Below, in pieces: positions 8,883 through 18,972 of a DNA stretch of 64,000 nt. The translations under genes and the position numbers were made by a program. Origin of the DNA: an uncultured Fervidobacterium sp. (GTDB taxonomy: Bacteria > Thermotogota > Thermotogae > Thermotogales > Fervidobacteriaceae); assembly GCA_964452455.1 (NCBI GenBank), contig CAYVMA010000002.1, forward strand, positions 6,283-70,282. Reading direction: 5' to 3'. A model generated the notes under the pieces. That model ran no database searches. It was not told where the DNA came from and saw nothing but the letters and a program-made list of their open reading frames with translations. Positions within the stretch are counted from its first letter, which is position 1, and each line of letters begins with the position of its first letter.

Positions 8883-9614
8883 GTGATTGAATTGTTGTTG
8901 TTTTTAGGAGGGTTTTTTTCAGGAGTAGTCAATGTTCTGGCAGGTGGTGGTTCTTTTCTCACGCTTCCAATACTCGGTTTGTATGGTCTAAGTCCAACCG
9001 TGGCTAATGGAACCAACAGAATAGGCATACTTTTACAAAACATCTCGGCAACATGGCGCTTTTTGGTTAAAAAAGAATTGGACCTGAAAAATGCTCTTAT
9101 TATAACTCTTCCAACGATGATGGGAGCTATATTAGGTACATCAATAGTCCTGAGCCTTCCTGAAAAGTTAGTTAAGCTGAGTGTTGGAATTATATTTATC
9201 ATTATGTCTTACTTTGTATTGTTTACACCTAAGGTTTGGGAAGAGGGAAGGAGAAAGAAATCAAACAGAATTTTCAGTTTTGTGATCTTCTTTCTTATAG
9301 GAATCTACGGCGGGTATATCCAAGCAGGGGTTGGATTTTTCTTAATCTATGCATTAACACTTTTGGAAGGTTACGATGTGAGAAAGGCAAATGCGATGAA
9401 GATATTCCTGACACTCATTTTTACGGTTTTCTCATTGACCTTGTTTTCACTTAAGAACAAAGTCGAATTTGTTCCAGGGTTAATTCTTGGCGCTGGTTCC
9501 TTTGTTGGAGGATACGTCGGCTCTTATTTGAACACACGAGTGAATAAGAAGGTTATAAGGTTTGTTGTAGCTGGAATGATGATATTTTCAGCAATGAACT
9601 ATATTTTCTCTTAA
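8883..9614 (+). CDS. TauE/SafE (DUF81) family anion exporter membrane protein.
   Basis: 7-8 TM segments and a glycine-rich N-terminus GVVNVLAGGGSFLTLPIL, repeated in the second half. GTG immediately follows the upstream stop. Confidence 0.8.
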   Translation: MIELLLFLGGFFSGVVNVLAGGGSFLTLPILGLYGLSPTVANGTNRIGILLQNISATWRFLVKKELDLKNALIITLPTMMGAILGTSIVLSLPEKLVKLSVGIIFIIMSYFVLFTPKVWEEGRRKKSNRIFSFVIFFLIGIYGGYIQAGVGFFLIYALTLLEGYDVRKANAMKIFLTLIFTVFSLTLFSLKNKVEFVPGLILGAGSFVGGYVGSYLNTRVNKKVIRFVVAGMMIFSAMNYIFS

Positions 9615-9626
9615 TGTATTTAAAAA

Positions 9627-9675
9627 AACAGCCCTGGTTTTAGCTATGAAACGTTTGATTCTTACCAGGGCTGTT
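9627..9675. terminator. Bidirectional intrinsic terminator.
   Basis: Perfect 12-bp stem AACAGCCCTGGT / ACCAGGGCTGTT with a 25-nt loop. It is flanked by an A7 run on the left and GTTTT on the right. The right arm overlaps the last codons and stop of the minus-strand gene. Confidence 0.7.
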
Positions 9676-10108
9676 GTTTTAATCTTCTGTCGATTTCATC
9701 TATTATCTTTTTAAGTTTCTTGGCTTCTTTGTAGTCTTCTCTCCTCAGAGCCTTTTTTAATTTATGGTTAAGCAACGTTAGTCGACGCTTCTGAATGTCG
9801 GTGACCACCTTGCCGTAAATGTTTGAATCTTTGGGAAACATCGTTAACTGAATGGTGCTGGGTTGTTCAGAATACAAAAACTCCAGGGAAAAAACAAATT
9901 TCCTGTTCTTCGCTGGAGATTCTTCCATAAGATTTTTGTGTGACAATATGGTTTGCAAGCCAGCACGTGTGTATCGCTCAACTTCGTACTTCAGTAACTC
10001 TTTAACACAAGCCTTACAATATGATATCTTCTTTACAGTTCCGTCAACGTAAACATTTTGATGTATTTCTGCCTTGTTGCCACATCTGATGCACTTTTCC
10101 TTTTCCAA
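9662..10108 (-). CDS. Zinc-ribbon plus UVR-motif protein (McsA-like, UvrB/UvrC-motif containing).
   Basis: CIRCGNKA...YCKACV Cys pairs at the N-terminus. C-terminal UVR-like helix LKKALRREDYKEAKKLKKIIDEIDRRL. Confidence 0.6.
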   Translation of the reverse strand: MEKEKCIRCGNKAEIHQNVYVDGTVKKISYCKACVKELLKYEVERYTRAGLQTILSHKNLMEESPAKNRKFVFSLEFLYSEQPSTIQLTMFPKDSNIYGKVVTDIQKRRLTLLNHKLKKALRREDYKEAKKLKKIIDEIDRRLKQQPW

Positions 10109-10165
10109 TTTATCACCTTCTCAAATTCTTTAAGTCTTTGTTTATAATCTTTTGGCATTCGCACG

Positions 10166-10699
10166 TTACTCGATTTGAATTGAATTGTATTTGTTCATCG
10201 CTTTATCAATGCCTTCAGAAACAATCGTCTCTATTGCTTGTAGTGTTAGGTCAATAACCTTACGTAGCTTTTCAAATTCTTCCGGCGAGAAATCTGAAAG
10301 AACGTAATCCGCAGCATCAACTTCTTTTGGTTTCGGTCCAATGCCTATCCTTACTCTTGGAAAATCTTGACCGATGTACGATATTATTGATTTAATTCCG
10401 TTATGTCCACCTGCACTACCATCTTTGCGGATTCTAATTCTTCCCAATGGTAAATCGAGGTCGTCATACACTACTATTATATCATCATGTGGTAAGTATT
10501 TAAATACCTCTCCACTCAAATTCATATAGGTCAAAGGCTTGACCAACTTTACCTTCTGCCCAGAAATGTTGATATCTGAATAAAGATAATTTGGTCCAGA
10601 CTTCCATGACTTACTCAATCTATCTAAAACCATGAATCCAACGTTGTGGCGAGTATTTGCGTATTTTTCACCCGGGTTTCCCAACCCTATTATTATCAA
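10166..10699 (-). CDS. pth: Peptidyl-tRNA hydrolase.
   Basis: IIIGLGNPGEKYANTRHNVGF and GGHNGIKS motifs. Start moved to the TTG at 10699, 7 nt after AGGGAGGA. Confidence 0.9.
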   Translation of the reverse strand: MIIIGLGNPGEKYANTRHNVGFMVLDRLSKSWKSGPNYLYSDINISGQKVKLVKPLTYMNLSGEVFKYLPHDDIIVVYDDLDLPLGRIRIRKDGSAGGHNGIKSIISYIGQDFPRVRIGIGPKPKEVDAADYVLSDFSPEEFEKLRKVIDLTLQAIETIVSEGIDKAMNKYNSIQIE

Positions 10700-10756
10700 C
10701 GTCAGTTCCTCCCTTACCTTGTAATCCAAATATCCGAGTATAACACCAAACTAACG

Positions 10757-10781
10757 AAAAGTCCCCCTGCGGGGGACTTTT
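10757..10781 (-). terminator. Intrinsic terminator or attenuator hairpin between rplY and pth.
   Basis: AAAAGTCCCCC-tgc-GGGGGACTTTT, a GC-rich stem with flanking A and T runs. Confidence 0.6.
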
Positions 10782-10803
10782 CACAGTGTGCTCTTTAAGT
10801 GAA

Positions 10804-11463
10804 TTATTCTTCTTCCTCTTCTTTCTTACCTTTCTTGAGAACTTCAGGTTCAGAAGTCTCGGTTGGTGTTGTAGTTTCTTCTACTTCAAGTCCCCTTGGC
10901 ACAACTATTGTTATCAAAACATCTTCTGGTTCCATATCAATTTTAACGCCCTCAGGAAGCTTAACATCTTTAACCCTCAGTGAATCTCCAAGGTCTAAGC
11001 TTGTCACGTCGATTTCTATTGTCTCAGGTATTCTATCGGGCAGTGCTTCAACTACAACTTCGTGGTGGATAACTTCCAAGATACCACCTTTTTCAACACC
11101 TATTGCCTTGCCAACGATGTGTAGTGGAACGTTAATCTTCATCTTGTGGTGAGCTTCGGGGATGTAAAAGTCAACATGCCTAACTTCATCTGTAACCTTG
11201 TCGTATTGGACCATTTTTATGAACGCCATATGTTTGAGAACTTCTTTTCCGTTTTCATCTTTCACAACAAGTGTTAGTGGTGTCGACTCTGTGACTTCTT
11301 TAAAAAGCTTTAAGAAGCTGTTCTTTTCCAAAGCCAAGCTAACTGGTTTCTCGACTCCAGGTCCGTACGCAATAGCAGGTATAATACCCTGCGCTCTCAA
11401 TCTTCTAACTGCGCGCTTTTTACCAACAATAGACCTTAGTTGCGCGTTAACTACGTGCTCCAT
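10804..11463 (-). CDS. rplY: 50S ribosomal protein L25, Ctc form, with an acidic C-terminal tail.
   Basis: N-terminal LRAQGIIPAIAYG. Long Ctc-type C-domain ending KKGKKEEEEE. Confidence 0.9.
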   Translation of the reverse strand: MEHVVNAQLRSIVGKKRAVRRLRAQGIIPAIAYGPGVEKPVSLALEKNSFLKLFKEVTESTPLTLVVKDENGKEVLKHMAFIKMVQYDKVTDEVRHVDFYIPEAHHKMKINVPLHIVGKAIGVEKGGILEVIHHEVVVEALPDRIPETIEIDVTSLDLGDSLRVKDVKLPEGVKIDMEPEDVLITIVVPRGLEVEETTTPTETSEPEVLKKGKKEEEEE

Positions 11464-11534
11464 GTCAACTCCTCCTTCTTTTTTATTTTTAAGGTTTATA
11501 TTATCTTTTTATTTTTTCCTCAGCCGGGTTAGAG

Positions 11535-12482
11535 TTATTTGAAGAGTATACTGACAGAGAGATTCTTTCTAACCCTAATTATCGCTTCCCCAAGCAAAGG
11601 TGCCACGGAAACAATATGAAACTTGTTAGGTAGACTCTGATGATATATTGTATCACTAATATAAATCTTTTCAATACTCGAGTTTTCAATTCTTTCAACT
11701 GCACCAGATGAGAGAACCGGATGTGTTATACAAGCAATCACTCTTTTCGCTCCTGCGTTCTTTACAGCATTTGCACCTTCAACCAAGGAACGTGCAGTAT
11801 CAACGATGTCATCTACGATAATCGCAGTCTTATCCTTAACATCACCAATTATGTTAAGAATTTCAGCTACATTGTCTTTTGGACGTCTTTTGTCAAGTAT
11901 TGCAAGAGGGAGGCCCACCCTTTCAGCTATTTGTCGCGCTCGTTTAACTCCACCCACATCCGGTGAAACGATAACAGCATCGTCGGTCAATATCCCATCT
12001 TTGCTTAGTGTCTCAAGAAACACGGGAAAGCTCCAAAGGTTGTCAACAGGAATATCGAAAAATCCTTGAACTTGTTCGGCGTGTAAGTCAACAGTCATCA
12101 CACGAGTTGCGCCTGCAACTGTGAGCAAATTGGCAACGAGCTTTGCTGTAATCGGGTCTCTACCTTTTGCCTTTCTATCTTGCCTCGCATAACCATAGTA
12201 CGGAATTACAACTGCTATGCTATTTGCAGAAGCCCGTTTAAACGCATCTATCATAACTAACAATTCCATTAAATTTTCGTTAACCGGTGGGCAAGTAGGC
12301 TGGATAACAAAGACATCGTGACCACGTACTGTTTCTTCTATACGAACGTTGATTTCACCATCCGCAAACCTTCCGACCGTAATGTCTCCAAGTCTCATAC
12401 CAATGTAGCTAGCAACCTTTTCCGCCAAGACCTTGTTCGCATTGCCAGTGAAAATCTTCATTTCATTCCTTGTGATTTGCAT
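11535..12482 (-). CDS. prs: Ribose-phosphate pyrophosphokinase.
   Basis: [23 protein letters not shown] and IVDDIVDTA motifs. Confidence 0.95.
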   Translation of the reverse strand: MQITRNEMKIFTGNANKVLAEKVASYIGMRLGDITVGRFADGEINVRIEETVRGHDVFVIQPTCPPVNENLMELLVMIDAFKRASANSIAVVIPYYGYARQDRKAKGRDPITAKLVANLLTVAGATRVMTVDLHAEQVQGFFDIPVDNLWSFPVFLETLSKDGILTDDAVIVSPDVGGVKRARQIAERVGLPLAILDKRRPKDNVAEILNIIGDVKDKTAIIVDDIVDTARSLVEGANAVKNAGAKRVIACITHPVLSSGAVERIENSSIEKIYISDTIYHQSLPNKFHIVSVAPLLGEAIIRVRKNLSVSILFK

Positions 12483-13821
12483 TTTTCATGGCCTCCCTTT
12501 TCAGCTTTGCCCAGTTTTCTTTAATAACTTGTCTCGCCCTTCCAAGTGCCAGAGCATCATCAGGAACGTCTTCAGTGATAACCGAACCTGCACCTACAAT
12601 TGCACCTTTTCCTATTTTAACAGGTGCAACTAGCGAAGAATTACTACCTATAAATGCACTATCACCGATAAATGTCTGGTATTTTTTGTAACCATCGTAA
12701 TTGCAAGTGATAGTTCCGGCTCCAATGTTTACGTCTTCGCCAACAGTTGCATCCCCCAAGTAAGTGAGATGCTGTGCTTTTGAGTTCTTTCCTATCGTAG
12801 ATTTCTTCGTTTCCACGAAGTTTCCAATTTTTACATTCTCTTTTAAAATCGTTCCCTCTCTCAACCTTGAGAACGGTCCAACAGATACGTTATCTTCTAC
12901 AACTGCACCTTCAACTTCTGAACGTACCACTTTTACGTTGTTCCCAAGTATTGAATTCTTTATTCGAGTGTATGGTCCTATCTCACAGTCCTCACCAATG
13001 GTGATTTCTCCTTCTAAAATTGTAAATGGATGAATTATCGTGTCAATACCTATTTTCACATCCGGTCCTATGAATGTGGAACTGGGATCTACTATTGTAA
13101 CTCCCGAAAGCATCAACTCTTTCAGAATTCTTTCTCTTGCAATAGCCTCAAGCTGGGAAAGCTGAACTCTATCGTTTACACCAGATACTTGCACAGGATC
13201 ATCTAACAATACTGTTTCAACATTCTTTGCCATTTCAACTAAATCTGTCAAATAGTACTCACCTTGTGCATTGTTGTTAGAGAGCTTATCTATGTTATCC
13301 AGCAAGAACTTTCCAGAAAATATGTAAATTCCACTGTTGACTTCTTTTATCCTTAGTTGTTCCTCATTAGCATCCTTGTGTTCGACAATTCTAATCTTTC
13401 CATTTTCCCTAACGATTCTTCCATATCCGGTAGGGTCATCTGCAATGAACGTTAAGACTGTAACATCCGCTCTGGCATTCGTATGAGTTTCTAAAAGTCT
13501 TTGAATTGTTTCCTCCTTTAGAAGAGGGACATCACCATAGAGTATCAGTACACCATCGCTTGGTGATATAAACTCTTTAGCACACATTACCGCATGTCCT
13601 GTCCCAAGTTGCGGCTCTTGAATGTACGTTTTAACATCTGCTGGGAGATAAGACTTCACAATCTCCGCCTTGTGACCAACCACAACGCCTACTTCTCCAA
13701 ATTTCTTTCCCAAGTCCACAACCCAGTTTATCATCGGCTTGCCTAGTATCTTGTGAACTACCTTTGGGTATTTTGACTTCATCCTTTTGCCTAATCCAGC
13801 AGCAAGTATGAGTACTTTCAT
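12463..13821 (-). CDS. glmU: Bifunctional UDP-N-acetylglucosamine pyrophosphorylase / GlcN-1-P acetyltransferase.
   Basis: [13 protein letters not shown]-terminus and C-terminal left-handed beta-helix hexapeptide repeats. Start moved to the ATG at 13821 after GGGGGT. Confidence 0.95.
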   Translation of the reverse strand: MKVLILAAGLGKRMKSKYPKVVHKILGKPMINWVVDLGKKFGEVGVVVGHKAEIVKSYLPADVKTYIQEPQLGTGHAVMCAKEFISPSDGVLILYGDVPLLKEETIQRLLETHTNARADVTVLTFIADDPTGYGRIVRENGKIRIVEHKDANEEQLRIKEVNSGIYIFSGKFLLDNIDKLSNNNAQGEYYLTDLVEMAKNVETVLLDDPVQVSGVNDRVQLSQLEAIARERILKELMLSGVTIVDPSSTFIGPDVKIGIDTIIHPFTILEGEITIGEDCEIGPYTRIKNSILGNNVKVVRSEVEGAVVEDNVSVGPFSRLREGTILKENVKIGNFVETKKSTIGKNSKAQHLTYLGDATVGEDVNIGAGTITCNYDGYKKYQTFIGDSAFIGSNSSLVAPVKIGKGAIVGAGSVITEDVPDDALALGRARQVIKENWAKLKREAMKNANHKE

Positions 13822-13841
13822 ACCAATAACCCCCAACATTT

Positions 13842-14273
13842 TTATTCATTATCTTCGTCGTCAGTTTTATATCTTTTTTGAATTGAATATTCTCTTAAAA
13901 TAACCGGAATGAGAATAAGTCCGAGCAGGTATCCTTTAACACCAAATTTATGGGCTCCTATCGCACCTATACCCATTCCGGTCAATAACATCATTGGAAT
14001 AAGACTATACCAAGTTTTGAGTATGTCATAGAAAATTGAAAGAAATGTTCCACAAACAACGAAATTCAGCCCTTCCAAACTATATGGCCGAAACCTGCCA
14101 AATATTGCTATCGCACCAATTAGAAGAAGATTTAACCCTGCTAAGGACTCCGCACGGTCGCTTTTCCTAAACGCGAAGTATAATCCTACAAGTATGAGGG
14201 AAAAATAACCGGGGTTTCTTGTCAAATAGAACACAGCTATGGAAGCAACTATGGAAAGTATCAAAGCCACCAT
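13842..14273 (-). CDS. Hypothetical small integral membrane protein (4-5 TM).
   Basis: Hydrophobic 143-aa ORF with an acidic C-terminus (TDDEDNE). No recognisable motif. Confidence 0.55.
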   Translation of the reverse strand: MVALILSIVASIAVFYLTRNPGYFSLILVGLYFAFRKSDRAESLAGLNLLLIGAIAIFGRFRPYSLEGLNFVVCGTFLSIFYDILKTWYSLIPMMLLTGMGIGAIGAHKFGVKGYLLGLILIPVILREYSIQKRYKTDDEDNE

Positions 14274-14325
14274 TGGATATCACTCCGTTTGATAGAAGAT
14301 AAAAGTAGCATCTTAAGAAATATAA

Positions 14326-14343
14326 GGGGCGCAAAAGCGCCCC
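14326..14343 (-). terminator. Intrinsic terminator downstream of ppdK.
   Basis: GGGGCGC-aaaa-GCGCCCC, 17 nt after the stop. On the minus strand it is followed by the T-rich TTATATTTCTT. Confidence 0.65.
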
Positions 14344-14360
14344 ATACGATTTGAGGATTA

Positions 14361-17006
14361 TTAGCTTCTGTATTTAATACTTGCTTGAGCAGCTGCAAGT
14401 CTAGCAACTGGAATTCTGTATGGTGATGCGCTGACGTAGTCAAGTTTTGTTGTGGCAAAGAATTCGATGGATTTTGGATCTCCACCGTGCTCACCACAGA
14501 CTCCACATTTGAGTGTTGGTTTAACTTCCTTACCTTTTTCTGTAGCTGATTTGACGAGCTGACCAACACCTTGTGTATCGATGTGTTTGAATGGGTCGTG
14601 TTCAAGTATGCCTTTTTCAAGGTATTCTGGCAAGAACTTTCCAACGTCATCTCTGCTGAATCCGAATGTCATCTGTGTAAGGTCGTTTGTACCAAAGCTG
14701 AAGAAGTCAGCTTCCTGAGCAATCTGGTCTGCTGTAACTGCTGCTCTTGGAACCTCTATCATTGTTCCAACGAGGTACTTGAGGTCAACACCGTGTTCTT
14801 TAATGAGTGCGTCTGCTGTTTCCATAACAACTTGTTTTATGTATTTAAGTTCGTTGACATGGCCTACAAGAGGTATCATTATTTCCGGAACAACTTCGAT
14901 ACCTTCCTCTTTCTTAAGTTCAATAGCTGCAAGGATTATTGCTTTTGTTTGCATTACAGCAATCTCTGGGTATGTGATGACAAGCCTTACGCCCCTGTGT
15001 CCGAGCATTGGGTTAAGCTCGTGGAGTTGTTCAACAACTTTCTTGAGTTCTTCAACAGAAATACCAATCTGCTGAGCAACTTCTGCCATCTGTTCTTCCT
15101 CTTGTGGCAAGAACTCGTGTAGTGGTGGGTCGATAAGTCTTATTGTAACTGGGTAACCCTTCATTTCTCTGAACAGACCTTTGAAATCTTCTTTTTGGAG
15201 TGGAAGAAGTTCTGCGAGTGCTGCTTCTCTTTCTTCTTTTGTTCTCGCGACTATCATTCTTCTAACCTTTGGTATTCTGTCCTTTTCAAAGAACATATGT
15301 TCAGTTCTGCAGAGTCCGATACCTTCTGCTCCGAATTCTCTCGCAACTTTTGCATCTCTTGGAACGTCAGCGTTTGCTCTAACTCCAAGTTTTCTGAATT
15401 CGTCTGCCCATGAGAGTAGTTCGGCAACTGGTCCTTCAAGACCTTGTGGTTTAACCGTCGTAATCTTTCCAAGGAACACTTCTCCAGTAGTTCCATCTAT
15501 TGACAACCATTCACCTTCTTTAACGATTACGTCGCCAACTTTGAGATAGCCTTCTTCTTCATTAACGTAAATACTTTCCGCACCGACTACTGCTGGTTTA
15601 CCAAGACCTCTTGCAACAACAGCAGCGTGAGATGTCATACCACCGCGTGCTGTTAGTATACCCTCGGCTGCATTCATACCACCGACGTCTTCAGGACTTG
15701 TCTCTGGTCTAACAAGGAGAACCTTTTCTCCTGCTTTTGCCGCTTCTTCGGCTTTGTGTGCATCGAAGTAAACTTTACCTGTTGCAGCACCTGGTGACGC
15801 TGGAAGCCCTTTTGCAATTACCTTTGCATTCTTTCTTTCTTTTTCATCGAATTTCGGGTGGAGCACTCTTTCAATATCGGATGGTTGGACTCTCAAGACG
15901 GCTGTCTTCTTATCGATGAGACCTTCGTGAACCATATCAACAGCTATCTTTATTGCAGCCTGGCTTGTTCTCTTTGCGCTTCTTGTCTGGAGTATGTAGA
16001 GTTTCCCTTTTTCAACTGTGAATTCGATGTCCTGCATGTCTTTGAAGTACCTTTCAAGTCTGTCCATTATTTGGATGAGTTCTTCGTAAGCTTGCGGAAT
16101 CATTTCTTTCATTTTCTCAAGAGGATATGGAGTTCTTATACCAGCAACGACGTCTTCACCTTGTGCATTTGGCAAGAATTCTCCGTAGTATACTTTTTCT
16201 CCAGTGTTCGGGTCTCTTGTGAAACAAACACCTGTACCGCTGTCGTCACCCATGTTACCAAAGACCATGGCAACAATGTTGACAGCTGTTCCAAGGAGCT
16301 GACCTTCTTTGATTCCATGAATTTCTCTGTATTTAATAGCCCTATCACTCATCCATGACCAAATAACTGCTTCAATTGCTGCCCACAATTGTTTGTAGAC
16401 ATCCTGTGGGAACTCTTTTGCGTGTTTTTTGTAAATTTCTTTGTAGATTTCTACAAGCTTTTTGAGGTCTTCTGCATCAAGCTCTGTGTCAAGCTTTACA
16501 CCTTTTTGTGCCTTCATTTCAGCGAGCGCATTTTCGAAATCTGCATGTGGAATTCCAAGAGCGGTATCACCGAACATTTGGAGGAATCTTCTGTAAGAGT
16601 CATATGCGAATCTTTCGTTGTTTGTCATTTCAACAAGACCCTTGACTGTTTCGTCGTTAAGACCCAGGTTGAGGATTGTGTCCATCATACCAGGCATTGA
16701 GATAGCGGCACCTGACCTAACAGAAACAAGAAGTGGCTTTTTGGGATCTCCAAACCCTTTTCCTGTTACTTCCTCTAACCTTCTCATTGCTGCGTCAACT
16801 TGTTCTTTCAAATCCTCTGGATAAGTCTTGTTGTTGTCATAATAGTATTTACAAACTTCTGCAGAAATAGTAAAGCCAGGAGGAACTGGAACTCCGGCGT
16901 TCGTCATTTCAGCAAGGTTTGCACCTTTACCACCCAGTATGTCTCTCATCTGGGCGTTACCTTCTGCCTGTCCATTGGCAAAGAAATAAACCCACTTTTT
17001 ACCCAT
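14361..17006 (-). CDS. ppdK: Pyruvate, phosphate dikinase.
   Basis: GGKGANLAEM, catalytic-His motif GGMTSHAAVVARG, and C-terminal CGEHGGDP. ATG at 17006 lies 5 nt after GGAGGTG. Confidence 0.95.
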   Translation of the reverse strand: MGKKWVYFFANGQAEGNAQMRDILGGKGANLAEMTNAGVPVPPGFTISAEVCKYYYDNNKTYPEDLKEQVDAAMRRLEEVTGKGFGDPKKPLLVSVRSGAAISMPGMMDTILNLGLNDETVKGLVEMTNNERFAYDSYRRFLQMFGDTALGIPHADFENALAEMKAQKGVKLDTELDAEDLKKLVEIYKEIYKKHAKEFPQDVYKQLWAAIEAVIWSWMSDRAIKYREIHGIKEGQLLGTAVNIVAMVFGNMGDDSGTGVCFTRDPNTGEKVYYGEFLPNAQGEDVVAGIRTPYPLEKMKEMIPQAYEELIQIMDRLERYFKDMQDIEFTVEKGKLYILQTRSAKRTSQAAIKIAVDMVHEGLIDKKTAVLRVQPSDIERVLHPKFDEKERKNAKVIAKGLPASPGAATGKVYFDAHKAEEAAKAGEKVLLVRPETSPEDVGGMNAAEGILTARGGMTSHAAVVARGLGKPAVVGAESIYVNEEEGYLKVGDVIVKEGEWLSIDGTTGEVFLGKITTVKPQGLEGPVAELLSWADEFRKLGVRANADVPRDAKVAREFGAEGIGLCRTEHMFFEKDRIPKVRRMIVARTKEEREAALAELLPLQKEDFKGLFREMKGYPVTIRLIDPPLHEFLPQEEEQMAEVAQQIGISVEELKKVVEQLHELNPMLGHRGVRLVITYPEIAVMQTKAIILAAIELKKEEGIEVVPEIMIPLVGHVNELKYIKQVVMETADALIKEHGVDLKYLVGTMIEVPRAAVTADQIAQEADFFSFGTNDLTQMTFGFSRDDVGKFLPEYLEKGILEHDPFKHIDTQGVGQLVKSATEKGKEVKPTLKCGVCGEHGGDPKSIEFFATTKLDYVSASPYRIPVARLAAAQASIKYRS

Positions 17007-17049
17007 TTTCACACCTCCACATCGAAAAATTTAGAAAAGTACCTGTATA

Positions 17050-17058
17050 ATTGTACCA
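17050..17058 (-). promoter_or_regulatory. Candidate extended -10 element (TGgTACAAT) upstream of ppdK.
   Basis: Reverse complement of attgtacca, about 44 nt upstream of the start codon. Confidence 0.35.
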
Positions 17059-17197
17059 TACTTTTTCTATTTGTCGTATACACACTGTGATAAATTGTTT
17101 TTTTCTTTTATGTTAATTTCTTCAAAAAGTGTTTGATTTATGGCACAGTTAAGATGCGAACCATTATTTGAAGCAAAACATTGATGTATAATTAAAA

Positions 17198-18166
17198 GTG
17201 ATAGAAAATTACAAGAAGGTGGACCCTGTGGAAAGAAGTATACTGACAAATACCTTCAAAACCTTGTTGATAGGAACCGTTGCATTTTATTTATTAACTC
17301 ATCTTTCATCCTCGAGTATTCTCGAGACAATTTCATCAGATGTTAGAAAAATCAGCATCGATTCGATTCAAGTTGCATACAGAGAAGCAGGTCAAAGCAA
17401 TTCAAAAGCAGTTGTATTTTTGCATGGATTTGGAGGGTCATCTTACGATTGGAAAGAGCTAATGGACATGCTGTCCGAATCATACCGTTGCCTAGCATTT
17501 GATATACCGCCATTTGGTCTATCTGAAAAGAGATTAGATTTTGATTATTCAGACGAGTCAATCGTAAGGCTCATAATGAACTCCTTGAATTATCTCGGCG
17601 TGAATCGTTTCGTTTTAGTCGGTCATTCAATGGGTGGCTACTTATCATTAGCAATAGCGAGTCTTTTTCCAGAAAGAGTGGAAAAACTCATTTTGTTTGA
17701 CGCAGCGTATGCAAATCATTCAGAAACTTTAAATAGTCCTAATCCTCCTTTTGAATTGGACAACGAAAACCAGATTAAACTTTACCAAATACTTTTGGAC
17801 ATCGGTCTGAAAACATATCCTTTGGTCAAATTTCTCTACCAAACATATCTTTCAACTGGTACCATTCTTAGCACAGAACACTTTGAATATCTTTTTGCGC
17901 AAAATTATTTCTTACCGGCAGAAGTGCTAATTAAATTCACTAAAGACAAAGCCATCCAAAAACCTTTAGCAATTGACCTTGCTAACATAGTTGCAAAAAC
18001 ACTTATCATCTATGGTGAAAAAGACAGCATAACTCCTCCATCAATTGGTGAATACTTGTCTCGGAACATAAGGGATTCTCGACTTCTACTGATTCCAAAC
18101 GAAGGACATATGCCCTTGGCAAATAAATTGGCATTAGAGAAAGTAAAAGTGTTTTTAGGAGAATAG
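17198..18166 (+). CDS. Alpha/beta-fold hydrolase with an N-terminal membrane anchor.
   Basis: VVFLHGFGGSSYDW and nucleophile elbow GHSMGG. A C-terminal His (EGHMP) is present. The start is uncertain; a GTG at 17228 after GAAGGTGG is also possible. Confidence 0.8.
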   Translation: MIENYKKVDPVERSILTNTFKTLLIGTVAFYLLTHLSSSSILETISSDVRKISIDSIQVAYREAGQSNSKAVVFLHGFGGSSYDWKELMDMLSESYRCLAFDIPPFGLSEKRLDFDYSDESIVRLIMNSLNYLGVNRFVLVGHSMGGYLSLAIASLFPERVEKLILFDAAYANHSETLNSPNPPFELDNENQIKLYQILLDIGLKTYPLVKFLYQTYLSTGTILSTEHFEYLFAQNYFLPAEVLIKFTKDKAIQKPLAIDLANIVAKTLIIYGEKDSITPPSIGEYLSRNIRDSRLLLIPNEGHMPLANKLALEKVKVFLGE

Positions 18167-18173
18167 AAAAAAT

Positions 18174-18197
18174 GTGACCCCACCACTGTAGGGTCAC
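18174..18197. terminator. Hairpin terminator between the convergent hydrolase and fabG genes.
   Basis: GTGACCC-10 nt-GGGTCAC, with an A6 run to the left and a T-rich tract to the right. Confidence 0.55.
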
Positions 18198-18255
18198 GAT
18201 GTGTTTTTGATACGAAAAAATAGGAGATTTCAGAGAGGAGGATTTCCAAGTGCGA

Positions 18256-18972
18256 TTAAAGTTCCATCCCACCGTCGATAACTATCACTTGGCCATTTAT
18301 GTAGGTTCCGTCTATCACTAAGAATTTTACGAGCTTTGCAACTTCCTCTGGTTTTCCAAATCTTCTCATAGAGATTTTCTCGAGCGCAGTTTTTTTAATT
18401 TCCTCGGGTAACTTTTCTGTCATAGGTGTTTCGATAAAACCTGGTGCAATGGCATTTACCCGAACGTTTTTTCTTCCAAATTCCTTTGCCAAAGACTTTG
18501 TTAAGCCTATCAATCCTGCTTTTGAAGCAGCATAGTTCGCCTGTCCAATGTTACCTTCTAATCCAACAACTGAGGAGATATTGATTATAACACCTTCATT
18601 CTTTACAATTTCCCTTATTGTTGCTTTAACCATATTGAACGCACCCGTTAGATTCGTATTTATCACACTGTCCCACTCTTCGTAAGTCATTCGATATACT
18701 AAATTGTCTTTCGTTATTCCTGCATTGTTGATAAGTATATCTATCCTCCCAAACTTTAGCACCACATCTTTAACTGCGCCTTCAACAGCATTCCTATCGG
18801 TAATATCAAGGATGTATTCGTGATAAAATTGAGCATTAATATTATCAGCTGAAGATGTATAGTTGAATCCAACAACAATACATCCTTCTTCGATAAATTC
18901 TTTTGTTATCGCTTTCCCGATTCCTCCTGACGCGCCTGTGACGATTGCAACTTTTCCATTAAGTCTGCCCAT
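18256..18972 (-). CDS. fabG: 3-oxoacyl-[ACP] reductase.
   Basis: SDR motifs TGASGGIGKA, NNAG and YAASKAG. Confidence 0.9.
   Translation of the reverse strand: MGRLNGKVAIVTGASGGIGKAITKEFIEEGCIVVGFNYTSSADNINAQFYHEYILDITDRNAVEGAVKDVVLKFGRIDILINNAGITKDNLVYRMTYEEWDSVINTNLTGAFNMVKATIREIVKNEGVIINISSVVGLEGNIGQANYAASKAGLIGLTKSLAKEFGRKNVRVNAIAPGFIETPMTEKLPEEIKKTALEKISMRRFGKPEEVAKLVKFLVIDGTYINGQVIVIDGGMEL

Noticed and set aside
14261-14650. 129-aa minus-strand ORF overlapping the 3' end of ppdK in another frame.
   Set aside because: It overlaps the ppdK coding sequence and its terminator hairpin. It has no SD, and its translation is low-complexity.
14571-16358. Several plus-strand ORFs of 98-183 aa (14571-15122, 14779-15075, 15181-15549, 15858-16358) and short minus-strand out-of-frame ORFs inside ppdK.
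   Set aside because: All are antisense to, or out of frame with, an uninterrupted 881-aa pyruvate phosphate dikinase with every catalytic motif. Their translations are Cys/Phe/Ser-rich nonsense.
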